IMG/VR virus record: IMGVR_UViG_3300036818_000065
Span: 1-50,820 of that record
Reading direction: 5' to 3' (one strand)
DNA: 50,820 nt
From: a virus
Taxonomy: Duplodnaviria; Caudoviricetes
In this document: one piece after another, positions 37,901 through 45,059 of the stretch
Layout: every line of letters starts with the position of its first letter
How positions within the stretch are numbered: the stretch's first letter is position 1
Position numbers and translations under genes: made by a program
The notes under the pieces: model-generated
Seen by the model: only the letters and a program-made list of their open reading frames with translations
Told to the model about the DNA's origin: nothing
Databases searched by the model: none

Positions 37901-38349
37901 ACATAGAAGGCATTGATCGAACTCTTGACACTGTGCGGGACATGCTTAGTGAGGGTTGGGCTGACATGCCGGTTCCCACGCACACGTCAGTTGACGTACC
38001 CTACGAGCGTGGTAGGGACGAGAAGATTGTGTTCCTGGGTATGCCAATGGATATCAATCTGCGCGACATCTTCGAGAGCAACAGGGCACGAACCGGCGAA
38101 GAGCTCAGTCGTAATTCAGTTCGTGATCCGGACAAGAACGAGTGGGTCATGATCCTATGTACCGATGGTGACGAGCAAGTAACTATCCGTGTTGATCGCT
38201 GGCGCTATCCAAGGTTCCGGAAGATGGTTTGGGGTGCGCAGATGGGTCACGACTTGTTGCTGGTGGAGGGAGTTAAGCCTGGGTTCCGCACGGCCCGGGA
38301 GATTTATGTAAGGAAAATGTGGGTCATTGACCCCGACGAGGAGGATTGA
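34933..38349 (+). CDS. dnaE: DNA polymerase III alpha subunit-like (family C)
   Basis: PHP motifs HHHSTYSYLDG, TEHGN, GCEVY, DCHY; RGSAAAS; FERF...PDIDLDF; HAAG; YQEQ; YAFNAAHS; alternative start ATG 35149. Confidence 0.95.
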   Translation: MSENTGQGSSGSWRDDEVDSTKNATRRGAEESGLDAQVSTFKRDCDHGYQPIGIRARRRQRAAARRHANLKPMRFVSLHHHSTYSYLDGFQLPEAHVRRATEINMGAIAMTEHGNIFSHVKLEKAAEEQGVKPIFGCEVYCSHEQSQKKNHLTLLAMNSEGYKNLLMLASKSWADGFYYEPTVNYKWLKEYSKGIVCLSGCQGSALFTALVGGKFVDPADASYVRGEKVAKFFKRIFGDRFFLEVQAFPELEKSCQANPMIERLGRELGIRLVATMDCHYTAPEEQEIQKLLHNVRPGEKRTLEDMVRDWGYEVPLCPPPTDMAIYRRLRGTGLSKRGALEAIISTEEIAQQCEVELPKLPPVEYPLPKGYDTPKDLWRAWLKEGWLYRKCDKLPPRERARYKKQLAKECEVIEAKGYESYFLVVADTVKWTKNEQIPVGPARGSAAASLACWLLRITEVNPMLFDNLVFERFIDWSREDMPDIDLDFATYGRPQIRDYLVGKYGEGCVNNIGTFTVYKSKLALDDVARVHRIPKFKTETVKGLLIERSSGDLRASATIEDTAGQFPDAAKVFEEHPELQMAMDLEGNVKGFGVHAAGLVVSNGPITDVTAVLEKNIKGNLVQVVSMDKKDAERQGLEKLDFLALGTMDMIADALHRLDMTVEELYELPLDDPKTIEGFRQNDVLGIFQFEGRAMRSINGALKPDNFDEICDVTALARPGPLHNGAANAYIDIKRGAAQPEIIHPALSAITERTNYQIVYQEQILKAVVEIGQFDWTHASYIRKIISKKLGEQEFNRQWSRFWDGARTIDQRSDYEPMTEATAKRIWGNLITSGSYAFNAAHSRSYGMIGYWCQWLKQHHPEVFFASSLTKTRRGSGGGNVKAQFKGGQIDRHVVLMRDAKKGKPECGRKPIRVMPPSYDSGMHWEYEDGVLWAGLVQIPGVGDKTAEAMAAYAKENEIEAWENYVDVKGIGPKTIDKIEEFCERPDPFNIEGIDRTLDTVRDMLSEGWADMPVPTHTSVDVPYERGRDEKIVFLGMPMDINLRDIFESNRARTGEELSRNSVRDPDKNEWVMILCTDGDEQVTIRVDRWRYPRFRKMVWGAQMGHDLLLVEGVKPGFRTAREIYVRKMWVIDPDEED

Positions 38350-38543
38350 GTATGCTCAAAGGAAAACAGCTGTATGAAGTCGCCCGCAAATTTGCAGAGG
38401 AGGATTTGGTACCGGCCCTCAATGGCAATGAAGTCGACGAGGAGGCTACGGACGCCATTCTCGAGAAAGCGGCAGAGCTCGGCATCGCCCTCTTGATTGA
38501 CATCGCTGAGAGCTTGCACGGTATCAAGGCGAAGGTTGGGTAA
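38346..38543 (+). CDS. Hypothetical protein
   Basis: Coupled to the dnaE stop; SD GGAGG. Confidence 0.65.
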   Translation: MSMLKGKQLYEVARKFAEEDLVPALNGNEVDEEATDAILEKAAELGIALLIDIAESLHGIKAKVG

Positions 38544-38548
38544 TTCAG

Positions 38549-38791
38549 ATGCCAAAACAGCCAACTGATACCCAAAGGTTCTTGTTGAAGCGCGTTGTCA
38601 GCCGAGCTTATCGTGCAGGATGGAGCGGGAAGCTTGGCAATGACATGGCCCCTTCTCTGAGTGTCGGTAGACGTTATGGCGGTGCTGACTGTTCAATGCC
38701 TACGGCTATGTCGCTAGCCAGGCAAGGGCTGGTGCAAGAGGGGCATCATGACTTTGGTTTTGCCTTCAACGTGATCAGTGTCGGTTGGTAA
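38549..38791 (+). CDS. Hypothetical protein
   Basis: Fills the operon gap; weak SD. Confidence 0.5.
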   Translation: MPKQPTDTQRFLLKRVVSRAYRAGWSGKLGNDMAPSLSVGRRYGGADCSMPTAMSLARQGLVQEGHHDFGFAFNVISVGW

Positions 38792-38913
38792 GCTGATCGA
38801 AGAACGGGCTGGCGGTGAGGGAGGGAGTGGCGAGTGCTGCTTCGACCTGAATGAATTGGAACAGCTGGGCCTGTTCTTGCCGAAGTAAACCCACAATTAC
38901 CAGGAGAAATAGC

Positions 38914-39831
38914 ATGGGTGAAGAGATTCAGAAGTGGGCTGACGATGCGATGTTTGCCGCCGAGCCGATGGACGTAGGTGAGGGAGAGCAGATTATGCCA
39001 AGGGTGTACCTGCTACAGGCCACGCCTGATCCGCTGGGTGGCATTGCTGCTATGGCGATGATGTATGAGGGCAAGGTTGTCCGAAACCTCCACGACATAA
39101 CCGACGAGCAGCGACGGCACTACTGGGAGGAGTCGCAGAAGACGCATCTGCGTGCACCGCACGAGGCCGTCGACCTGCACTTCATGGTTGAGGGGGTGAC
39201 GCGCGCCTTCACCCATCAGATGGTGCGCCAGCGTACGGCCGTCTACGCGCAAGAGTCTCTGCGCTTTGCGGTAAAGGAGGGGTTCGCTGACGAGGTGCCG
39301 CTGCCACCCAGCCTTATGGGGCTCAAGCCTGATGACGCTAGCGTGCGGGCATGGCAGGACTGCATTAAAGAGGTTGAGGAAATGTACGAATTCCTTATCA
39401 ACCGAGGTGTGCCAGCAGAGGACGCGCGTGGTCTACTGCCTCACAGCATTACTACGCGACTCAACTACAAGACCAACTTGCGCAACCTGGTCGAGCACAT
39501 TGGAAATCGGCTGTGTACGCAAGCGCAGTTCGAATGGCGGCTTGAGGTCACCGAGCTCATGCGTGCCATCCGCATGTATAAAGGTCCTATCACGGCCTAC
39601 GGATTTGACTCTAATCTTGGGCCAGATCACGAACGTGGAAATGCCTGGCAGTTCAAGACCATCGCCAAGTCGGAGTTGTTTAGGCCGGTGTGCTACTCAC
39701 TCGGATACTGCCCCTTCACGGCTGACTTCGACCGGGGGTGCACGATCAGGGGCAGGGTTGAAGAAGGCAAGTTCAATGAGATCGACATTCGTGAGTGGCT
39801 GATGGACCCAGCTGCAGCTAGGAGGGGATGA
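38914..39831 (+). CDS. thyX: ThyX-like flavin-dependent thymidylate synthase homologue (variant motif)
   Basis: GVTRAFTHQMVRQR-x7-SLR, AEDARGLLP, NLRNL, RLCTQAQFEWR; ATG 38914 with AGGAG. Confidence 0.85.
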   Translation: MGEEIQKWADDAMFAAEPMDVGEGEQIMPRVYLLQATPDPLGGIAAMAMMYEGKVVRNLHDITDEQRRHYWEESQKTHLRAPHEAVDLHFMVEGVTRAFTHQMVRQRTAVYAQESLRFAVKEGFADEVPLPPSLMGLKPDDASVRAWQDCIKEVEEMYEFLINRGVPAEDARGLLPHSITTRLNYKTNLRNLVEHIGNRLCTQAQFEWRLEVTELMRAIRMYKGPITAYGFDSNLGPDHERGNAWQFKTIAKSELFRPVCYSLGYCPFTADFDRGCTIRGRVEEGKFNEIDIREWLMDPAAARRG

Positions 39832-40211
39832 TGTGGCGTAAGGTGCGGCATCCCATCCTTACCTTCAAGCGCTGGCGGCTACGCAGGCAGCACGTCGTAA
39901 ACAGCAAGGTTGACTTGCAGGCCAGCCGCAAACATCGTCTGCCGCTGGAGCAGTGCACTGTAGATCAACTGCAGTCAGCGCTGCGACACAATGAAAGGGA
40001 GGCGTTGCGATATCAGCAGATTGTAAATGGTCGTCCACACAAGGGCAACTATGATGCACTTGCCACCTGGCACCGCATGTGCCAGCGGCCCATCAAAGAA
40101 CTGATTGCTGAGTTGGGTAAGCTGGGAGACGGCAAGCGAGTTGAGGACATTAGGTGGAAGCGTCGACGTCGTCCGACGGAAGAGTTGATGCGTATTCGTA
40201 GGCTGGGGTGA
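39828..40211 (+). CDS. Hypothetical basic protein
   Basis: Coupled ORF with GGAGG SD. Confidence 0.6.
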   Translation: MMWRKVRHPILTFKRWRLRRQHVVNSKVDLQASRKHRLPLEQCTVDQLQSALRHNEREALRYQQIVNGRPHKGNYDALATWHRMCQRPIKELIAELGKLGDGKRVEDIRWKRRRRPTEELMRIRRLG

Positions 40212-40858
40212 AGGTTGTGGCTAGCAAAAAGCGCATGGAACAAGATCCTAATCTAGACCCTAAGACTGGCAAGAAGAAAGATCGCCGTAAGGATGACAAG
40301 CCCAAGCAGCCTACCTTCGATATCAAAATCGATTTTGAGAAAATCGGCTTCACCTCAGAGGGGGTGAATAGGACGGCTGAGGCCATGCGCAAAGCAATCA
40401 AGGCTGGTCGCATCCATAGCTTCGAGGAGTACCGTTACATGTTCGGAAGCGGTCCGAGAGCCAGCGGTGGCGGCAACGTGTTCATTGAGGGCGGAGACGG
40501 GATATTCCATTCATTCTACGACAGGTTGGCTGCCAATACGGTGAACATGATCGGAGAAGGCGTGGACTTCAAATCTGCAGTGAGTCGTATGCTTCACAGC
40601 AAGGCTATTGAGTGCTGGGATAATCTGCTTAACTGGCAGTTTGCTGTGACTTACCAAGATGGGCAAGATAAGTATTGGTTCACTGCTCGGTACTATGACG
40701 ACGAGGAAGCGTCGCCGGTGCCTCTGGTGTCGGAGACGTTGGAGTTCAGCGGCGAGGTTCTTATTGAACAGAACTGGGATGAGACCAACTTGGAGGTTGA
40801 GAGGCAGATGGAACAACTACACGAGAAGTGCGTGGCTGATTTGGCGGCGTTTGAATGA
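40208..40858 (+). CDS. Hypothetical protein
   Basis: 216-aa ORF coupled on both sides. Confidence 0.65.
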   Translation: MKVVASKKRMEQDPNLDPKTGKKKDRRKDDKPKQPTFDIKIDFEKIGFTSEGVNRTAEAMRKAIKAGRIHSFEEYRYMFGSGPRASGGGNVFIEGGDGIFHSFYDRLAANTVNMIGEGVDFKSAVSRMLHSKAIECWDNLLNWQFAVTYQDGQDKYWFTARYYDDEEASPVPLVSETLEFSGEVLIEQNWDETNLEVERQMEQLHEKCVADLAAFE

Positions 40859-41157
40859 GCGTCTCGCAGTATATGGTCGCGCTTGAGAAGGCTAACGCCA
40901 CGCGGCTAGCCAGGGCTGATCTCAAACGCAAGATCAAAGACAATGACCGCGAGCTGCTGCGCGCTCTAGAAGATCCTCCTTACTTCATCATGAACTGCCC
41001 TATTGGCGAGCTGCTCAGCGCTCAAAGACGCTGGGGGATGACCAAGACGAGGAAGTTCTTGACGCCATTCAATATCAAGGAGCACAGGACTGTAGAAGAT
41101 CTAACTAAAAGGCAAAGGGACCTGCTGGTCTCGGGCCTAGAAGGAGACAGAATATGA
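40855..41157 (+). CDS. Actinobacterial-type integration host factor (mIHF/sIHF-like, H2TH fold)
   Basis: ALEKANATRLARADLKRKIK...IGELLSAQRRWGMTKTRKFL...TVEDLTKRQRDLL. Confidence 0.8.
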   Translation: MSVSQYMVALEKANATRLARADLKRKIKDNDRELLRALEDPPYFIMNCPIGELLSAQRRWGMTKTRKFLTPFNIKEHRTVEDLTKRQRDLLVSGLEGDRI

Positions 41158-41768
41158 GTGGATTTGACACTGGCAACAAGTTGCAATTTGGTCCCAATGG
41201 CGAGAAGTTGACCAGAACCAGCTTGATTACTCACAGCCTGCACACCATCGACCTAGCAGCGCCTTGTGCTGAGGACGTGTACCTGTCAGACATCGCGCAC
41301 GGCCTGAGCATGCACGTGCGCTGGGCTGGGCAGGGGTCATGGTTGAGTGTTGCGCAGCATAGCGTCATGGTCATGCGCTACATTGAGGCGGAGGGCGATC
41401 GGCTTGATTTGGGCACTGACAAAGGCTTGCTATCTGCAGCGCTGTTACACGATGCACACGAGGCTTACATTGGCGATCTAAGCGGTGGCCTTAAGTACAT
41501 GTTGCGCTATAGCGAGCTGCCTTCTTTGATTATCAGTATTGATCGCGCCATCGGAGAGAAAATGGGGGTACAAATGGCGCATGGCTTCCAAGATGTCGAA
41601 CGTGCTATTGATAGGGCTGAGCAGGATTTGATAACTGAGGAATATGGATTCTTGTTTCGCAACCTTGACAGCCCATGGATAGAAGGCGGCATGTGCAACA
41701 AAATGGCTGAGGGTCTTTTCTTGAGCGAAGCTGCCCGCTTGGGCATGGTGGACGATGTCGATCGGTAA
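41154..41768 (+). CDS. HD-domain phosphohydrolase (YfbR-like deoxynucleotidase)
   Basis: DIAHGLS..VRWAG...SVAQHS...ALLHDAHEAYIGD. Confidence 0.85.
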   Translation: MSGFDTGNKLQFGPNGEKLTRTSLITHSLHTIDLAAPCAEDVYLSDIAHGLSMHVRWAGQGSWLSVAQHSVMVMRYIEAEGDRLDLGTDKGLLSAALLHDAHEAYIGDLSGGLKYMLRYSELPSLIISIDRAIGEKMGVQMAHGFQDVERAIDRAEQDLITEEYGFLFRNLDSPWIEGGMCNKMAEGLFLSEAARLGMVDDVDR

Positions 41769-41976
41769 GTACAGTCGGATGTTTGGACTAAAGGGGGAAG
41801 TCACCGTTGACATCCGTGAGGCTACGCCAGCGTTCGCTGACAGGACGCATGTGGTGCGCATCACAACCGATGAATGCGAGCTGAAAGTGTCTGAATGGCT
41901 CAAGCTGGTGGAGAAGGTCAATAGTCTGCTGGTAGAGCATGGCATACCAACTGAGCGGGTGGCGGACGGATCGTGA
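41755..41976 (+). CDS. Hypothetical protein
   Basis: Coupled small ORF. Confidence 0.55.
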   Translation: MSIGKYSRMFGLKGEVTVDIREATPAFADRTHVVRITTDECELKVSEWLKLVEKVNSLLVEHGIPTERVADGS

Positions 41977-42344
41977 CCTTCCGCGAGGCAAACATCAGAC
42001 GATTGGAACGCGGCATCACGCAGTGCCTTGAAGTGTTGGATGTACCTCGACGTTTGGGCGCTGATGCTACCGACAAGGAACTGGCGGATGACAAGCGCAC
42101 CGCTCGACGCGTGAAGCATAGGCTGGTGGTGGCGCTGAGCGATTGGAATGGTACCGTCGATGGTAATAGTGAGGGTGCGCCGCCTGATGGTACTGGCGCG
42201 CGGTTGTTGTGGTCGCAATGGTGGGATGATTGGCAAGAGCAAGCTACTGAGTTGCGGCAGCAAGCCGACAACCGTGATGAACAGCATTCCATCGATCGTG
42301 AGCTTGAAGGCATATCTCACGTGATGGCGGAGTTGCGGTCGTGA
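41973..42344 (+). CDS. Hypothetical protein
   Basis: GTGA coupling; 123 aa. Confidence 0.6.
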   Translation: MTFREANIRRLERGITQCLEVLDVPRRLGADATDKELADDKRTARRVKHRLVVALSDWNGTVDGNSEGAPPDGTGARLLWSQWWDDWQEQATELRQQADNRDEQHSIDRELEGISHVMAELRS

Positions 42345-42350
42345 AAACCT

Positions 42351-42470
42351 GCAACCCCCTACGCGCGTACGTAGGCGCGGACGCTCGCTCGTTACGCCCG
42401 AGCCGCAACTGTCTTACCACTGAACTTCTCGTTCGAGCGTCCGCGAGCGGACGCGTACGCGAGGGGTTGC
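42351..42470. other. Structured non-coding element, copy B
   Basis: GCAACCCC/GGGGTTGC, CGCGTACG/CGTACGCG and CGCGGACGCTCG/CGAGCGTCCGCG; shares both arms with 24943-25124. Confidence 0.75.
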
Positions 42471-42519
42471 CCAAAGAGCCACCTCGGGGGCGGGCGGGTA
42501 CGTACGCGCGAGGGAGTGG

Positions 42520-43017
42520 TTGATGAAGACTATTCCTGATCAGTTGGCTGTGATGGCATTCGATCCAGGCGGTACTACCGGCGTGGCGTGGGGCGTGATG
42601 AAAGTGGAGCCGACGCTGAACGAAACGCTCAACGGTGCTGAATTGGGTTCCTGCGACATCACCGGAGACTACCGACAGCAGGCTGGCAAACTTGCTGACC
42701 TGTGGAGTGGCTTAGTGTACAACTGGAACATTGAGCGTCAGATCAGTCTTGAGAACATCCACTGCGTTAGCGAGGGGTTCAGCCTTCACAAAATTGGTAG
42801 CCGTGAGAAAGTGGGGCTGTATCCGGTGTGGATAGCCGCCATGTTTGAGGGGTTTGTGTGGAGGCTTGGGGTGCGTGTGATGTACCAAGAACCAAGCACC
42901 AAGTCACGTAGCACGTCGGCCCGTATGAAACGATGGGGCTGCTGGCAACGCGGTGTCAGCGAGCATCGCAAGGATGCTATGCGCCACCTTGCTTACCGTG
43001 TGAACAAATTGATCTAA
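42520..43017 (+). CDS. RuvC-like Holliday junction resolvase (RNase H fold)
   Basis: MAFDPGGTTGVAW, CVSEGF, HRKDAMRH. Confidence 0.75.
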   Translation: MMKTIPDQLAVMAFDPGGTTGVAWGVMKVEPTLNETLNGAELGSCDITGDYRQQAGKLADLWSGLVYNWNIERQISLENIHCVSEGFSLHKIGSREKVGLYPVWIAAMFEGFVWRLGVRVMYQEPSTKSRSTSARMKRWGCWQRGVSEHRKDAMRHLAYRVNKLI

Positions 43018-43035
43018 GCGCGAAATCGAGGAATA

Positions 43036-43059
43036 CGCTATGCTTCTGATACCAGCCAA
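43036..43059 (+). promoter_or_regulatory. Repeated promoter-leader motif, copy 3
   Basis: CGC-TATGCT-N5-TACCAGCCAA, then AAGGAG and ATG 43078. Confidence 0.65.
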
Positions 43060-43077
43060 CTACAAGGAGTTTCTACT

Positions 43078-43203
43078 ATGTTCGGTATAACGATTTTCAG
43101 GGAGACTGATAATGAAGGGTACGGGCCTTGGGTATGCGTCACTCCTCGTCGTCCTTGGTCTCGAGGCCGTTGCTACCGCGTCTTGAAGGTGTGGTCCGCA
43201 TGA
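43078..43203 (+). CDS. 41-aa small protein (not in the ORF track)
   Basis: SD AAGGAG; MFGITIFRETDNEGYGPWVCVTPRRPWSRGRCYRVLKVWSA*; ATGA coupling to 43200. Confidence 0.6.
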   Translation: MFGITIFRETDNEGYGPWVCVTPRRPWSRGRCYRVLKVWSA

Positions 43204-44129
43204 GTGACGACAAAAAAGATCTGATTCTTCAGCGGGTCCGTGCGATGTTGGCCAAGGCTGACAGCACGGAATTTGAGGGTGAGGCTGAGGTCTTCCGCGC
43301 CAAGGCAGATGCCCTCATGACCAAGTACACCATCGAGCAGTGGCAGTTGGACGCCGCTGACGACGTCGACGCAGCTGGTCGTGAGCCGCAGCGTCGTGAT
43401 GTAAATATCAGCTGGTACTGGGACCCAGCATACGATCACCTCAAGCTCGACATGTTTACGTTGTTCAGCAACGTGGCCAAGCACTGTCGCTGCAAAGTGA
43501 TCTGGTGGAACACCATCGAGCAGCGGGACATTCCGGTGTTAGGTCTGCTGGCTGATTTGGATTACTTTGACCTGCTGTTCACCCACCTTCAGATTCAACT
43601 GAGCGCCAAGCTGACGCCGGGCGTTGAGAAAGGCGACAGCTACATCGAGGCGCTTGTCCGCATGAAGGAGGCAGGCATGCGCTGGGAAGCCATCGGTGAG
43701 CGTCTGATCAACGCAGGGCTGATGGATGGTCCTTACACGCGCAACGTTGGCGTCAGGTTCACCAAGGAGTACACCGAGTATTGCAAAGAGACCAATCGTG
43801 AGCGCAAGTACATCAATCCGAAGACCTACCAACGTTCATTCGCCGAAGGCTTTCGTGAGCAAGTAAGTGCTCGCCTGCGTGCTCAGAAGCAGGAGCAGGC
43901 TGAGGAGGGTGGCACGGGAATGGAACTGGTGCTGCGTGATATCAGCCAGTTGCTTGATGAGACCGCCACCGACATGTTCGGACGTCAGCCACGTGGCGGC
44001 ACTGTCTCGCGTGACTTGGCTCGTGACAAACAAGGCTATGGCTCCGGCTCACACGCAGGGCGTGAGGCCAACATCAGCGGCAACCCGCAGCGCAGCGTCA
44101 AGGGTACTCGAGGGGAGCTGACCTCATGA
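43200..44129 (+). CDS. DUF2786-domain protein
   Basis: ILQRVRAMLAKADST..GEAEVFRAKADALMTKYTI; YQRSFAEGF; start reassigned to ATG 43200. Confidence 0.8.
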   Translation: MSDDKKDLILQRVRAMLAKADSTEFEGEAEVFRAKADALMTKYTIEQWQLDAADDVDAAGREPQRRDVNISWYWDPAYDHLKLDMFTLFSNVAKHCRCKVIWWNTIEQRDIPVLGLLADLDYFDLLFTHLQIQLSAKLTPGVEKGDSYIEALVRMKEAGMRWEAIGERLINAGLMDGPYTRNVGVRFTKEYTEYCKETNRERKYINPKTYQRSFAEGFREQVSARLRAQKQEQAEEGGTGMELVLRDISQLLDETATDMFGRQPRGGTVSRDLARDKQGYGSGSHAGREANISGNPQRSVKGTRGELTS

Positions 44130-44260
44130 CCCCGATGAGCGACAAGGATACCAACCGCAAGGAGCTAGAGCGGGAAATTGAGGACCTTGAACGTGAAATA
44201 GAGGATCTTCAAGGCGAGCTCAACGCCAAGCGCGAGGAGCTCGAGGATACTCCATCATGA
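44126..44260 (+). CDS. 44-aa coiled-coil protein (not in the ORF track)
   Basis: MTPMSDKDTNRKELEREIEDLEREIEDLQGELNAKREELEDTPS*; ATGA overlaps at both ends. Confidence 0.65.
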   Translation: MTPMSDKDTNRKELEREIEDLEREIEDLQGELNAKREELEDTPS

Positions 44261-44907
44261 AGCGCGTCGATTACACGCCAGGTAACGACTGGTCTGGTGC
44301 GAGGACCACGTTTGAAGATGAGTACGGCAACAGAGGCGAAGTTAGGTGGCCTCGATTGCACACTTACGGTTTGCGCAATTACTTCCGTTGGGACGATGCT
44401 GAGGTCAATGTGCAGTCAACTTCACAAGACGACGCGGACGGGATGGCTGTGTATGCTGAGTTTTGCATGCACCTGGCTCATGTTACCAAGACGCTTGACC
44501 TTGCATTCGCTCAAGAGAAGCAGCAAGCCGAAGAAGAACGAGAGCGTTCAGAGGTTGAACGCGAGAGGCGTGAAGCCGTTAGGGCCAAGGCCATGCAGTA
44601 CCGCTGCGAGTTCTTGGCGCAGTTCTACATGCAGATGGTTCGTGTACAGCGTGAGGGACACAGCTCGCATGCCAAGGGCGAGCTCAACGTGACCGTGTTG
44701 CGTGAGGGAACGGACGAGCAAAGCATCAAGCGACAGATGTTCTTGCGTGAGAGCAACGGCAATCGTTGGACGTTTGATGCCAACGCGGTAGCAAAATTTG
44801 AAGTCAAGGATGGCAACAGGTACGAGGCAATCGACCTGACGCCGATGAGCGAGCTAGAAGAGACAGCTAGGAAGGAGTTGCAAGATGAGCAAGCAAGCCA
44901 AGTGTAG
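44257..44907 (+). CDS. Hypothetical protein
   Basis: 216-aa coupled ORF. Confidence 0.7.
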   Translation: MKRVDYTPGNDWSGARTTFEDEYGNRGEVRWPRLHTYGLRNYFRWDDAEVNVQSTSQDDADGMAVYAEFCMHLAHVTKTLDLAFAQEKQQAEEERERSEVERERREAVRAKAMQYRCEFLAQFYMQMVRVQREGHSSHAKGELNVTVLREGTDEQSIKRQMFLRESNGNRWTFDANAVAKFEVKDGNRYEAIDLTPMSELEETARKELQDEQASQV

Positions 44908-45059
44908 AGGCTGCAAGAAAGCCGTTGGTGGTGTCGTATTGCTGGCCGACGGAGAAGAAACGCGGCTGGGGCTACTACCTGTACTGCGCAAACAACAAGT
45001 GCCAGTTGCTGAGCATCAAGGTGCAGGGGGAGACGCCGGATCATGAACCAGTTTCCTGA
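44885..45059 (+). pseudogene. Zinc-ribbon gene split by a +1 frame discontinuity near 44918
   Basis: Frame 0 gives MSKQAKCRGCK (SD AAGGAG); the +1 frame continues KPLVVSYCWPTEKKRGWGYYLYCANNKC with GC3-rich codons. Confidence 0.5.

Noticed and set aside
34933-38349. Intein or intron in DnaE (also considered for terL and the helicases)
   Set aside because: Lengths are ordinary, motifs are contiguous and no splice-junction or homing endonuclease motifs were seen.
41154-41768. HD hydrolase plus MazG-like gene as a Z-genome (2-aminoadenine) signature
   Set aside because: No PurZ/PurA homologue was recognised.
42341-42523. 60-aa ORF over structured element B
   Set aside because: Low-complexity Arg/Ala/Gly translation of inverted repeats. 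Its ends do overlap the neighbouring genes, so it is not fully excluded.
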